Below are positions 1 through 14,874 of a stretch of 64,000 bases of DNA, in pieces (positions within the stretch are counted from its first letter, which is position 1; each line of letters begins with the position of its first letter). The DNA is from Chrysomallon squamiferum (lineage: Eukaryota; Animalia; Mollusca). The notes beneath the pieces are model-generated. The model searched no databases and was not told the DNA's origin. It was given only the letters and a program-made list of their open reading frames with translations. The translations under genes and the position numbers were made by a program. Where the stretch lies: contig CM022679.1 of NCBI GenBank assembly GCA_012295275.1, positions 27,156,001-27,220,000 of the forward strand, read 5' to 3'.

Positions 1-492
1 GTTAATACATAAGCTTGTCTATGCTGTATTAAGCCTATAAACGATAATTTTTATTTTAAATCTATAAAAGCATATAAGTAAATACACCTACGAGCCGCGC
101 CAACACACACACACACACACACACATGTCTGTCTGTCTCTCCTCTTTAAACACACATATAAATACAAACACCTCACAAATCTATGAATGTTTCTACATGT
201 TAAATATGTTACGTGACTAACACGCTGCAATCACAGATGCTATTTTCCCTGAGACTGAAGCATCTTGTACGTTGTCGCCTATCGACCTTTGTAACGTGCT
301 GCTGAAGTCTTCACACATCTGTTACTGGCTGTTCTGTGCTGGTATTTATCATACATCACACCACACACCACACACACAGGACAGTTTATTTGCGAACACA
401 GCCATGAGGAGAAGTGGAATGTACGATATTAATGCAGTACGTAGTTATCGATGTGACGATGGTCTGATTTTTGTATATGTCTGAAACATTTG

Positions 493-540
<48 letters not shown>

Positions 541-683
541 AGAAGAAAGATGAAAAGAAGAAAAAAATATGTTTTTCAAAAAGATTTTTTTTTTTTTTTT
601 TTTTTTTAGAATATTGACATGTGTGTTTATTGAAGGATTTCAGAAATGTTATGTGTACATGGAAATTATGTGATATGGTGTAA

Positions 684-722
<39 letters not shown>

Positions 723-819
723 TATTTGTATGTTCAGCAGAACGGCGAATAATTACAGAAATTTTATGTTTATATGAAAATTATACATATGTGGTATAAA
801 TCATTATTTATATATATTA

Positions 820-847
820 TGTCTATCTATCTATCTATATATCTAAA

Positions 848-878
<31 letters not shown>

Positions 879-979
879 CTATGTATGTATGTAGGTATGT
901 ATATATGTATGTATGTATATATCTATATCTATATCTATATCTATATCTATATCTATCTATATATATGTATGTATGTATG

Positions 980-1010
<31 letters not shown>

Positions 1011-1101
1011 TTATGTATGTATGTGTATGTATGTATGTATGTATGTATGTATGTATGTATGTATGTATGTATGTATGTATGTATGTATGTATGTATGTAT
1101 G
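820..1101. repeat. Compound (TATC)/(TA)/(TATATC)/(TATG)n microsatellite
   Basis: Directly visible; ends about 30 nt before the acceptor at 1134. Confidence 0.95.
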
Positions 1102-1134
1102 CATATAACGTGATATCTGTTCTGTGTTTTTCAG

Positions 1135-1249
1135 GATGGGGAGACGCCTCTCTCTCTTGCAATGCGGAGTGGAAACCCGAACTGTGTCATGTTCGCTAAA
1201 GCAGTGGCAGATTCTACGCTAGACAAAACCAGCATGAAAATTCTCAAAA
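1135..1249 (+). CDS. Internal coding exon of an ankyrin-repeat protein (gene 1; upstream exons lie outside the window)
   Basis: Acceptor ttctgtgtttttcag|G at 1134/1135 and donor AAAA|gtaagt at 1249/1250. Phase 0 reads DGETPLSLAMRSGNPNCVMFAKAVADSTLDKTSMKILK, with the ankyrin G-x-TPL-x-x-A...G...CV signature. Ends in phase 1. Confidence 0.8.
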
Positions 1250-1467
1250 GTAAGTGTATGATTTACTTCCACTGCTTATGACACCAGAACTTGTAGTACT
1301 AGTAATTGTAGTATCGTAGTAGTAGTGATGATAATAATAATGATAGTAAAATAATAATAATAATGATGATGATGACGTTGATAATGATAATAACCATGAT
1401 TGTAATACTACTACTACTACTAATAATAATAATGAAAATGATGATGATGATAATGTTAATGATGACC

Positions 1468-1535
<68 letters not shown>

Positions 1536-2133
1536 AATAATAGTAAATTGTTTATATTAAAAAACTTAAAAAAGGATAATGAGATAGAAAATAAGAGAAC
1601 GTCTATATATTTGTCTGTTTTGAATTAATAGCAAGATAAATTAAATACAATTGATTCTAATAATCTGATATCCGTCCCTTCGGTTTGCACAATTATTTCA
1701 GGGTTAATGACATCTTTTAAAGGGAGGTAACTAGCAGTAAAATGAAATAATTTATATTAAATATATTTGTTAAATAAGTTGTATTTAATATTTCATTTAC
1801 TTGGAAAAGAATGATATATATATAGCATTGTTGGATAACAAATGTATTCTGTCAGAAGAATATATTTATTAATATTTCTATTTGATGATAATATATTTAT
1901 TACAAACCTCATTTGCTTTGAATGACTTTATAATAAGGGACGTAACTCCTCTGTCTCAATAATTACGTTTAAAAAATTATGTCCCTTCGATTGGTCGTAT
2001 AGAATTTTGAGTAACGTATAATAAATAGATAGTTAGTTACAGACAGATGCATATACAAATATACAAATATAGATAAAGCAGAGAGACAATTAATTTGATA
2101 GAATGGTAAACTGACAGGCATTTAGATGGTTAA

Positions 2134-2166
<33 letters not shown>

Positions 2167-2830
2167 CAGACAAACTGACAAACAGACAGACAGACAGACA
2201 GACGTGCAGCTAAAGAGATGTATAGTTAGATCCATTAATAGATGACAGGTAAAAAAATATAAACCGATAGACACATTATCAGATAAAAAGAGAAACAGAC
2301 ACACATATAAACAGATAGACGGACAGATTGATAGATGGAGAGATAGATAAAAAGCCCTCACAATAAAATAAAACAAAACAACAGAAGAAGAACATATTTT
2401 ATGTTCAGACACGAAAACGATCGCACACTAATATAATCTTTATATTTCTCTGTTGTGAACCGTTTGATTAAGATGTAAAGATGTCAGTATGGATTTCCAA
2501 TAGCTTAACTTACATTTGTACTCGGCTTACAAAACAGATTTGCTACATGTTTCTACAGCTGTTGTGACTAGTGCAGTGAAAGAAAAGTTTTCTTTAGGAG
2601 TTAAACAATGAAAAGGTGTTGAATATCAATTAGTTTATGCTTGTTAAAAACGCTTTAATTTTCTAAGAAATTTAATATGTTAAAAACGTTTTAATTTTCT
2701 AAGGAAATAGGATCACTGAAATTATAATTACCAAGCGTATACATTATTATATAGTTTGAAAGAGGGTTGTATTTGTTGCTGATGTTGTTGTTGTTGTTGT
2801 TATTACTGTTATTATTATTATTATTATTAT

Positions 2831-2887
<57 letters not shown>

Positions 2888-3567
2888 CAGTAGTAGTGTG
2901 ATGATGATTATGATGACGAAAATAATAATAATATGATTTTGATAATGATAATGATGATGATGGGTTACAGTATGGTTACAAATAAATTTAAATAACGTAT
3001 TTGGTGATACAAAGAAATAAACTAAATTTATTTTAATAGGTTTCTGTTTAATTAATATATCACTATTTAATATAGTTAGAACAAACTTCGACAACAGACT
3101 GAGTAAACGCCCTGTAGTAGTTGAACATGCCGAAACATTAGTAATAATAATTAATTAGGTAAATCAGACAATAAACACAGCGGCTGATACATCCCATATA
3201 TGACGAACACTATTAATAATAAAAAATAATTTAATATTTATTTAAAAATAAAAAAATAAAAAATAAAAAATCTGAAAATAAATTATTTGAAATAGAAACA
3301 GAAAAAAAAGCTTTTCGAATTTATTTCTGATAATTTAACGATAAAATTAACATTGCTTCAAATACTGTTCTACACACATACATACACTCACACAGACACA
3401 TGCATACATTCATATATATATATATATGACATATCATTTTTGTGTGTTCAGCAGAACGGTGAATAATTACAGAAAGTTTATGTTTATATATATATATATA
3501 TAAATATTATATATATATATTATGTCTATCTATCTATCTATCTCTCAATCTATCTATCTATCTATCA

Positions 3568-3609
<42 letters not shown>

Positions 3610-4590
3610 ATCTATATATATATATATATATGCAAAGTCAGATGATGCATAAAATAAGTTCTTTATTGATTTTAAATATAAATCAACTCAAAATTTAAGT
3701 TTTTTTTTTAGTACTGATGAAATGTTTGATGGGGGGAAGACATTTTGAATATTTAAACACAGATGAAACATAAAATAAACACTTTATTCATTTAAATATA
3801 AATCAATAAATTTATTAAGTTCTTTTCTCTGTACGCCACTGACGTACATATATACAAATACACATACATACACAGTAAACAAACAAACAAATAAATAAAT
3901 AAATAAATAAACAAATGAATAAATGAAACAAATAAAACAAATAAATAAATAAATAAATAAATAATAAAATAAACCAAATTAAATCAAAAAAAAAAAAATG
4001 AAATAAACAAATTTACAGAAATCTTTTGTTTTTCAAATGGTCGCGTTCATCTTTTAATTCGCATTGTAAATGTTTGTCATTAATTCAGAATACGGATTCC
4101 TGTTTTATTACGTTCACTAAACAAATCATTCGTAAATACAGCCCAACAGTATCCCATAATCCTTTTCTCCACTGACGTAATAACATTGTTTTTCAAGACT
4201 CACAAACTTGGCGAGTTTCAGAAAAGGGGGATAACTGGGGTGTGACGCAGAATGATAACTAGTAAATATATTTAGGATTTCGAAATATGTACTTTCTCCA
4301 TAAAAAGTAATCGCTACTTATATTTTCATATCAGTGTCATTGACAATGTAAAAAGTTCAATGTCGTGGCAAACGCCAGTGTTGTCGTCGTATTTAACAAA
4401 AAGCAGAAGAAATATAGGACGGTGTATGTAGAACAAAACCTTGTGGTGTTTTTTTTTGTTAAAATCCAGATTCAAAAGAGGACTGAGTGAAAATCATATC
4501 AAATAATGACGCCCTTTACAAGGTTACATTTTGTTTTCTGTGTTGCAAAAATAGCGAATGTATAATGTGTGTGTGTCTACATATACATAC

Positions 4591-4655
<65 letters not shown>

Positions 4656-4658
4656 TAA

Positions 4659-4692
<34 letters not shown>

Positions 4693-4939
4693 CACACGTA
4701 CAAATGTCTCTTATGTTATTGTAATGTCTCTGTATTTTAAAAACACGTGATTCTGAAATGTTTTTGGTTTTTATTAATATAAGATAGTTTAGTATGGAAA
4801 TTTATTTCTAATCTCTCGTAGTTCTGAACACACATGGACATACACACACATTTTCCTTAAGGCTTGAATACAATGCATGATGTAACAGTATCAATAAGTA
4901 TTGGTAAATATATTCTATAATAAAACTAATACATGTTAG

Positions 4940-5165
4940 TAAAACTACGCGATGTCAAAAGTAAAAGTATGTGGTTTTACTGTTTAGGGGAAGTACTTGT
5001 AAAACATTTTTTTACTGCTAATCGAAACGGTGCAGCCCATGACTTGGAGGGAACCAGGTTTCTTCTCCTGTTAGCTACATGGTTCTTAACAATAGCAACA
5101 ATATGATGTCGTATCGTAGATTAAAAATGTGTTGAGTGGGTCATTAAATAAAACATTTCTGCCTT
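4940..5165 (+). mobile_element. Decayed SINE fragment (Meta-core-like centre plus 3' tail)
   Basis: ACTGCTAATCGAAACGGTGCAGCCCATGA...GGTTTCTTCTC...AAAATGTGTTGAGTGGGTCATTAAATAAAACATTTC resembles a molluscan SINE consensus recalled from memory; not database-checked. Related pieces recur elsewhere in the window. Confidence 0.55.
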
Positions 5166-5540
5166 TCTTATAACGTGTGTATTTGATTGATACAAGAAAA
5201 AAAAAAATCAAATTTTTATCAGTAGATACAATTTTATTTTTCAGTTATTAAAATTATTATTATTATTGTTGTTGTTGTTATTGTTGTTGTTATTGTTATG
5301 ATTATTATTATTACAACTACTACAACTACTTTTAATATTTTTATTATTATTGTTGTTGTTGTTATTATTATTACTATTATTATTACTACTACAACCACTA
5401 CTATTTTTATTTTTATCATCATCATCATCATTATTATTGTTGTTGTTATTATTATTATTACAACTACTACAACTACTTTTAATACTATTATTATTATTGT
5501 TGTTATTATTATTATTATTTCTATTATTTCTGTTTTACAG

Positions 5541-5638
5541 AGAAGCTGGGGTCAAAGTTCAACCAAGTGAGTAACATTATGACGATACAAGCTCTGTCCA
5601 AGGAAGAGGCGCTTTCCTTCAAGAAACCACGACACTGG
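5541..5638 (+). CDS. Internal coding exon of gene 1
   Basis: Acceptor tttctgttttacag| and donor TGG|gtgagt. The phase-1 start matches the previous exon. Reads (K)KLGSKFNQVSNIMTIQALSKEEALSFKKPRHW and ends in phase 0. Confidence 0.7.
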
Positions 5639-5752
5639 GTGAGTTCATTATTAACAGTGTTTATAGCTGTTAGCATCAGTCCATGTGCAGCTGTATCTGT
5701 CGTTAGTCTATATTGTATAAATTATATGAGAAATAATGACAGAGAGAGGGAA

Positions 5753-5828
<76 letters not shown>

Positions 5829-6495
5829 ACATCACTGTACTATCTGTTGTTATTAACATCACTTAATAAGTGTTCGTATTTCAAACTTATTGCTATCATT
5901 GTCTAAGAACAAAGAGTGTAAATAATATTTTTAAACGAAGTCACAAAATAACCAATGTTTTTATCCCAGAGAAATATTACCTGATGTGGAACTAATAACC
6001 AAATATTTACATGATACAGCCATGATACCTATGACGAGAGTTTTTAATATGTACTTAAAACGTATACCTAAGTGACCTAAAGTGTTATTTATGTAGAAAA
6101 TGTACCAAAGAAAATTCTCGTTAAATGTAAATTATAATTAGTAGTCTCGAGTGTTTGAAAGTATCTTTTGTTTTGCGATCTTATCTTCAGCCTTGAACTT
6201 AAGTTCAGAAGTGTCTTTAGCGATTTTTTAATTTTTAATTAATTTTTTTTTTTTTAAATTAAAAGTTTGTTAACAGAGGGGTTCAGTTATTTACGTGATG
6301 TTCGTTGAGGTCAATGTATCGTAAATTATGGTATGTACTGAGTAATGTTATTTCGTTTCTTGCTCAAGGTCTTTTGAAATCAGTGGTATTGATCTATTTT
6401 TATGTTTGCATACACTTATCTACACAAACACACAAACAGAAATATTTTAGTGAACCTTTTCTAATAATGGTTTTTTTATACTACTGCTGCTGCTT

Positions 6496-6537
<42 letters not shown>

Positions 6538-6769
6538 ATAATAATAATAATAATAATTATTATTATTATTATTATTATTATTTGAATAAATAAATAAATA
6601 AATATCTTGATAAATCCTGTCGTGAGAGTGATCTGCAGAAAATGAAGAAAAAACAATCCAGTTATCTTTTCACATTTTTCTCTCAGATGAACCGGGATTT
6701 TCGTATTTTTCTACAGTTTTTTACTTAAAAAAAAATACAACATTTTTCTGTTTAAAATATTCCTTTATG

Positions 6770-7100
6770 CAGCACGTTCTCTTATCCTATCAATTTTTAT
6801 CACAACCGCAAATTTGTCGAAACGTGCGCGCATCTGCAAAACTATCATTACTTCCGAAATACCTGCATCAACAAATATGGCTGTTTCTGCGGAACGCCTT
6901 CCTTCTTTGTACGTAATTCCTCCTCTTTCTGCGCACCCAGATTCCAGCTCTAATCCTATTAAGAATTTAAATTTCCGGGCTAAATCAACGATGGCCAATT
7001 GAACGCCCGCTTTTCGCCTTTTCGTGTGTTTCTGGTGCATCAGCAGTTGAATGAACTGCGAAATATCAACAACAGACAATCTTTTCACAAACTCGTTTCA
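6770..7100 (+). mobile_element. Probable decayed 3' end of a LINE (CR1/L2-like) ORF2
   Basis: GC-richer island. Joining + frames gives GTPS / LYVIPPLSAHP / RFQL*SY*EFKFP ... FSPFRVFLVHQQLNELRNINNRQSFHKLV, reminiscent of the P.YL..LIP...RYNLR...SF.P...WN.L..ELR....SFK C-terminus of LINE reverse transcriptases. Has stops and frameshifts. Confidence 0.35.
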
Positions 7101-8117
7101 AACCAGGGATCATTGGTCTGTTGTTTTATCTGTTAACTCAGCTTAAGCTGTTGATTCTGCATTTGAAACAATGTCTGATATAACACTGTATTATTATTAT
7201 TATTATCATCATCATCATCATCATCATCATTATCATTATTATTATTATTATTACTGCTACTACTACTACTATTATTGTTATTGTTGTTGTTGTTGTTGTT
7301 GCTGTTACTGTTATTACTGTCATCACCGTCGTTGTCATCGTCGTTCTAATCGTCGTTCTATTTATTACTGAGATATTATTAATATCGTCGTCTTTATTTA
7401 TCATCGTCATCATCCTCTTCAACATCATCATTCTCACCATTGTTGTTATTATCCATCTCCTTCTCTTTCTTTCTTTTCTTCTTCTTCGTCGTCGTTGTCG
7501 CCTTACTACTACTACTACTACTATTATTATTACTACTACTACTACTACAACTACTACTACTATAACTACAACTACTACTACCATTATAATTACTAATGCT
7601 ACTATTACCTCCATCACTCTAGTACTACTGCAAGTTCTACAACAACGATAACAACAACAGCTACTACTACTACTACTACTATAAACATTCTTAATATTTT
7701 TCACTCATATGGTATTAAAATGAAGCTGATCTTCGCATATCTGAAGAAGTAAATGTGCCGTTGAAATAAATCCTGATTTATGTAATTTAAATCAATTACT
7801 TGAATACTCTGTAAAAAAAATAAAATAAAATAGTAATAAAGTAGAAAACCAGAACACACAAATTTCTGTTTAACGTTAATAACTTTTATTTAACAGGAAA
7901 AAATTGTTTGATATAAGACGTGTTTAGAAAAACCTCAAGTTAAATAGAAATAACTAGATTTCTGGGCAAAACTTTATTATTTCATTAAAAAAATATAAAC
8001 TTCAAAAATCTACGTTAATTAGAAAACTGATAACGATTCTTATGGAAGAGTTATGGAAGATATTTATTTCACTTTGCTCTGGAGTTGTAATCATGTTTCC
8101 TGAACAATTCATTACTC

Positions 8118-8152
<35 letters not shown>

Positions 8153-8269
8153 GTCATCATCATCCAAAAGGAGAAAAGCGATAGCATCACTCCACCACCA
8201 TAACAGTATCAGTAGTATTGTATAACCGGAAGAGCTAGTACGCATGACTAAAAAAGACTCGATGCGCGT

Positions 8270-8700
8270 TCATTATGTTTTTCTGTAAGAAAGAAGAACA
8301 AATGATTAATACTGTGTGTCAGCGGTTTTTGTGATTTAGAGTACTGTATAGGGTCACACTTTTATTACATGCATGGCAAAACTCAGGAAAACTTCGTGAT
8401 GTTTTATTGTGTAAGAAAGAAAAATGAGTTATTATGTGTTGTGTGTCAGCAGTTTTCTGATTTAAGGTAGAGTACAGTGTTATTCTATGTTACGTGTGTC
8501 GTGACTGGGAAAAACTCACAGTTTGATTGTGTAAGAGAGAACAAGGAATTATCATGCGTTGTGTTTGCGGGTTTCTGATTTAGAGCAGAGTAAGTTGTGA
8601 CGATGTGTTATGTGTATTATGACTGAAAAAAATCAACTGATAAGACAAAAGAAAAGACAAAAAAAAGAGAAGAAGATAGCGGCTTTCTGATTTACAATAC
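8270..8700. repeat. Degenerate ~120-bp tandem repeat, 3-4 copies
   Basis: Recurring TGTAAGAAAGAA...TGTGTCAGCRGTTTTCTGATTTAGAG...CATGACTG..AAAACTCA. Confidence 0.7.
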
Positions 8701-9438
8701 AGTTTAATCTGATTCATTCGCAAGTGTTACTTGTACACTAACTGGAAGAACTTAGGATATAAATATAGTATTATTACAGTATCATTACCTTTCCATTTTT
8801 AATATCTATCTATCTATCTATCCATCTATCTATATATATATAGATAGATAGATAGATCGATAGATAGATAGATAGATATGAAAAATGGAAAGATAATAAT
8901 ACTGTAAATTATTTTATTCCATTTGTGAGCTGCTGAAATATTTTTCCAGCATATTTTAAGATTATTACGCATAATATCATTAAATTAAACAAATCAGACA
9001 GACATTTATATGTCCTTGGCACACGAGTGACTGCAACAATAAGTAAGATACAACAACAATAGCAACAACAACAACAACAACAAATCTCATTTATAAAACA
9101 GAAAACTGTACATTTAACAAAACAATTCTCAGGTGCAGGATATAGCATACTTTGTATGATAGAAAATAAAATGTATTGCGTTACTACTGTGGTGCGCCAG
9201 TTCAGGGTTGGATGTACACAAATCAAAGCGTATGACGATTGAGCGTAACTACGTAGTGAGGATTGAGTTAGTAGAGGTAAACAGTTTTATTTATTTTTTT
9301 TTTTTTTTTTTACTTTTGTCATTTTATTATTATTATTATTTTTTTTTTTTTTTTTTGAAATATTAAAAAAAAAAAAAAAAAAAAATACAATAAAAAATGC
9401 AAATGACTTTTTCCTAATCATATCTATGGCGAATTCTT

Positions 9439-9527
<89 letters not shown>

Positions 9528-9924
9528 TCTATATATTTGATACAGACGCAGATAAACTCATTGATTATCTGTAGCAGTAACTGTTGTCAATTTGTTGGTA
9601 AACTGTTCGTTCGTTTGTACACAGATAACGAATTGAATAGACTGGTACTGGCAGACAGATGTCTAATTATGTTTTGTCAGTGTGTTGACTGATCTAATGT
9701 TTACAATGACACGTCATATAATCAACCGTTTTGCATATACGTGTGTGTGTGTGCACTCATGTATGCATGTATATATGTGAGTGTGCGTTCTTTTGTGTGT
9801 GTGTTTGTGTTGTGTATATGTGTGTGTGTGTGTGTGAGTGTGTGTGTATTTTTGGATGTATGTATGTGTGTGAGAGTGTTTCTGTGTGTGTGTGTGTGTG
9901 TGTGTGTATGATTGTGTGTGTGTG

Positions 9925-9977
<53 letters not shown>

Positions 9978-10403
9978 GTGTGCCTGATTTGAACATCTGT
10001 TTTCTGTTTGTTTGCCTCTGTTTTATCTATTTGCCGACCTACTATAAAAAAAATAATAATAATAATAATAAAAATAATGCTAACAATAATGATGATAATG
10101 TATTAAAAGGTCCTTTGTCGTTTTTATAAACTAGACGAAGTAATTATTTCGTTATATTGTATCAGTAACAGCATGGATACATATCTGTTTGCGTCAGATT
10201 ATTAACAGTATTTATAAATAGAAATGTAATACTTTATATTGGAAGTGCTGTAAAACCTTTCTATCAAAAAAAACACAAAAAAAACCACGAACGCACGCAC
10301 ACACACGTAACGCATTATTTTCATTATTTTTCAAGTAATAAGGAGGAAAGGAAGAGCGTTTAAGATCTTTTCACCAGAAGTATATTTTTATTTATTTATA
10401 TAT

Positions 10404-10434
<31 letters not shown>

Positions 10435-10571
10435 TTAAATATTCATGATATTTCGTTACAGTACTTGTTATAATTCGTATCTTCTATTTATCTCAGATGA
10501 CATTATCATAACAGAAAGATTTAAAATTTTGGCGTACTCGTATTTATTTTAAAATGTTTAATATTTCTTTT

Positions 10572-10605
<34 letters not shown>

Positions 10606-10903
10606 GAAGGCAACAATCTTATTACGTAATATTAAATTATTTGTTTTATTTTCTCCCATCATGTCATGTTAACAGAAAAAGATTTAAAATTTTGGCAGAG
10701 AAAACGGTCGTATTAAACCTCTATTTATTTCCACGGCCATTTTGACGTCATTACCGAAATACCGCAACAAGCCGCAAACAGCCGGAGATGACTGACGTCG
10801 TTTTAGACAAGGAACTGAAAAATGCTGATGTGACAGCGTAGGCGTTCAGAATATTCACATTTCAAGGTTATAAATACACAGTCCTTGTTGTAATAGACTG
10901 TGG

Positions 10904-10988
<85 letters not shown>

Positions 10989-11215
10989 GATAATGATGAT
11001 GATAATAATAATAGTAATAATAATAATGATGATGATGATGATAATAATAATAATAGTAATAGTAATAATAATAATAATAATAGTAATAATAATAATAAAT
11101 ATGATGATGATGTTGATATGATAATGATGACGATAATAATAACGATGATTATGATGGCAACAATAATAATAATAATAACAATTATTATTTTTGTCTGTTA
11201 TTATTATTATTATTA

Positions 11216-11260
<45 letters not shown>

Positions 11261-11280
11261 GAGATAAAGTTAAAATAATT

Positions 11281-11335
<55 letters not shown>

Positions 11336-13271
11336 TTTTCTTGCGGTTTTCCTAATATAGAAAATTATGTATATACTTTACATCACCCCCATATAACCCT
11401 CATAACCAGACACAAAGCTACTGAAATAATGAACGATTCACCCAAACATAAGTTCATCATAAATTATCTCTTGCTGTTGCAAATAACTGTTCATTAAGCC
11501 AATACATTCCATCATCAGTAATAAACATTGTAACAGTAATCAATAGAAATGTTATGAAAGATGTTACTGCTCATTACACCAATCTGACTGTATTGTGAAA
11601 GATTTCAGAATGTTTCAGTCAGGACTGGGTTACGAGAAATTTCTTTCTGTTAACAGTTGGCCGTCATTTATCAATTTATAGACAATTTCGTAGAATACCG
11701 ATGTCAACATTTATCATATAAATTTTTACCAGAGCATGATCTGTATTATAAACAGTTTCAAACTATACAAAAGTGTTAACATTCATCAATCTTCAGTACT
11801 GAGTATGAACAATTTCAGACCATGCCTATAAAAAACGATCTTTAACATTATGAACACAGTCTGACAGTACCTAGTTAATACGTGTGAACAATATCGAACA
11901 ATATCAGTATCACGATTTGTCAAATTTTTGAACGATTGTATTATTGGTTTTATTTTCGTTTAAAAGTACGAAATGTTTCTGACTATCAAAATAATATAAA
12001 ATAATTATTATAAGTCTTGGATTAATAAATTCTTTAAAGCTAAAAATAAATAGATAGATAGATAAATAGATAAATAATACATTTTTTCATTTTCTATTGC
12101 CACGTATTCAACTAATACCCAACTAATTCACACGTAATCAACCAACGACAGTTTTAAAAAGATTAAAAGAATTCTTCCCGTGTAATATTCTGTGGTTTAA
12201 AATCACGTGTATTTGTTCATACGCCACCGGAATAAAATGTTTGTCCTGAAGATGTTTTGCTTTGTACATACTCTCCGTAACTTCTAACGCGACTTGGTAC
12301 CAGTGCAACAACTAAAGCTTGAGCAGCGTAGCAAACTAATTTACCAGTCTTAAGGACTCTTTACTGAAGGAGTTAAGTAAAGCATCGGTAACACCTAGTT
12401 ACATATGACCATAGTTTGTGACGTCATTGTTATTTATCTCTTAAAACTATAGTCTGAAGTTAAACAAACATTGACCCTTGAAGTATGTCGACAATACTGT
12501 TTATTTGTTTCAAATGTAATGGTCAAGTTACTGTTTCGTTAATAACGTTTTGGAGTTTTCAAAATCAGTAAAAGTTGAAAAATAACAACAACAACAACAA
12601 CAACAACAACAGAAATAATAATAATAATAATAATAGTAGTAGTAGTAGTAGTAGTAGTAATAATAATAGTAATAAAAATTGCAATAAAAACGACAATAAC
12701 AGCAATAATAATAATAGTAATAGCAGTAGTAGTTGTAGTAGTAGTAGCAGTAGTAGTCCTTCTTTTACAGCAGCAACGACTAGTACTACAATTAATCGTC
12801 TTCATCATCAGGAACATCAAATCACAAAGAACCCATTGATCAAACCAGATTTGGCCATATGTCAGATAAAAATTAAACTTTAATCGAATCCGTTTTGTAT
12901 AATTTTGTATATAAGTGTGTCTCTATGTATGTGTTTGTATGAATCTATGTATGTATGTACGTATGTAACTATATATATATGTATGTATGTATGTGTGTGT
13001 ATGTATATATGTATATGTATATATATATGCATGCTTGTATGTATGTATGTATGTTCGTGTGTGTGTGTGTGTGTGTGTTCGTAAATCGTGTTTGAGTTAA
13101 ATTAATATTATGTTAACACAAGGATTAAAATAACCTGAAATTTAGCTAAAGCAGAATGAAATATATATGAAAATAAGAGGTTTGGAATTATTATCATTTT
13201 TGAAAAATTATAATAATAAATAAAATAAATAATTTTATTATGAAACGTAAAAACTATTTTAAAATAATTTT

Positions 13272-13361
<90 letters not shown>

Positions 13362-13689
13362 GTGGAGGTAAATAAGAAATGAAGGAATGTATTACAAAGA
13401 ACTGACTTCCTGTTTTCGACGAGTTCCTTTTGACTCTTTTCTTTTAAAGTTTTAATCCCTTGACAATTATCTCAACCCTCAAATTAAACACATTTCTCGG
13501 AGACAATTAAGTTAATCTGAAGTCACATATTGTCCCTCGTATATCAGAGGAAAAAAAAAAAAAAAAAACGTGTACCAAAAAGCCAAGAAGTCAGGTTTCT
13601 GTTTCAAGCGACCCACCCAGTTTTAAAAGAACAGTGTCCACCGGAAGCAATTTTGTTAATACTGCCAAACAAGAAGACAATAGACTGAT

Positions 13690-14110
13690 TGACCAGTGTG
13701 ATACGCTGTAATGAACGTCATGGCACATCTCCAGCCTCGGTATGCCTCCAGAGGCGGAGGCTGCGAATCGTAATTCCACGGCAAACACGAAAACTTCTGC
13801 TAAATCCCCTTTCAGCTTTCTCGCGCAGCGGCGGAGAAGCGTACAACGAAAACACGTCAGACGGCGCTCGAAACCGTGTCTCTCTCTCTGTCTCCAATCC
13901 CCGTTTAGCATCGGGTCCCTTCTGTTACGCAGAGTTAGCGCGACTGCACTGTAAACACGAGCCTTTAATTTGGCCGTTGTGGGAACAGAGGTGTTTGCTT
14001 TCTGCTCGCGCGACTTCAGCGCCGACGTTTCGAAAAGGAAGCAGAGCGCAATCCGTGCAGACGATCAAATCATAGCAGACGATCAAATCACAGCAGACGT
14101 TTGAAGAAGC
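13690..14110 (+). promoter_or_regulatory. CpG-rich non-coding island; candidate internal promoter / alternative first exon of gene 1
   Basis: High CpG and GC content in AT-rich intron DNA, no convincing coding frame, followed by UTR-like sequence. Includes an 18-bp tandem GCAGACGATCAAATCAYA (about 14057-14099). Confidence 0.4.
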
Positions 14111-14648
14111 AGTGATAATTTTTTTTGTTGTTTTGCCTGTTTTAATTGTCCAGTGAGACTTTATTAATTCTTCCATGTGTGAACCATTCGTCATTCAAGT
14201 GTGATACTTTGCACGTGACAGATAACTGTATGCAGTGACAGATACTTTGTATTTATTACACTAGTTTGTGTTTAATGCTACATTGTATTCCGTGGATATT
14301 ACTTTGAATATCAACTTAACATCGTGTGCAGGACTGGCGTACTTTGCACTTATAATGACATGTGCATTTTTATAGCTGTTATGTCCGTTAACCAGAACAA
14401 TTCTTTATTATGTTCTTATACTTCGTATACAAAAGAAAATCGCGATCTGCTTTTCTCTCTCATTTGTTAACCAGTGTCATTCTGGTCTGATACTTCACAC
14501 GGACAGAATATCGCAAGGAGTTATTTATCGTTTCACCGGTTGACCAGAGCAATTCGTCTGAGATACGTTACACCTAGAAAACACTGTGTCAGTGTCTGGT
14601 AACTGACTGTGTCATGGGCCAGTGTTTTTACGTGTGATATTTTAACAG

Positions 14649-14693
14649 AGGACGTTGTGTCGTACAATAACTGTGTTATTCTGTAACTACCTG
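14649..14693 (+). CDS. Candidate 45-nt symmetric cassette exon, or the 3' end of an alternative non-coding first exon, of gene 1
   Basis: ttttaacag| acceptor and CTG|gtacgt donor. Phase 0-0 and stop-free: RTLCRTITVLFCNYL. No homology support. Confidence 0.25.
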
Positions 14694-14724
14694 GTACGTA
14701 CTGACTTTTTATTATTATTATTAC

Positions 14725-14798
<74 letters not shown>

Positions 14799-14831
14799 TC
14801 TTCTTGTTCTTGTTGTTCTTCTTCATTATTA

Positions 14832-14874
<43 letters not shown>

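Noticed and set aside
1135-1249. Naming gene 1 (e.g. USH1G/ANKS4B-like or espin-like)
   Set aside because: Only one ankyrin repeat is visible, and no SAM, WH2 or actin-bundling domain is recognisable in the tail.
13591-14194. Four overlapping ORFs in the CpG island as protein-coding genes
   Set aside because: No recognisable protein features and no consistent splice sites; GC-rich DNA has few stop codons.
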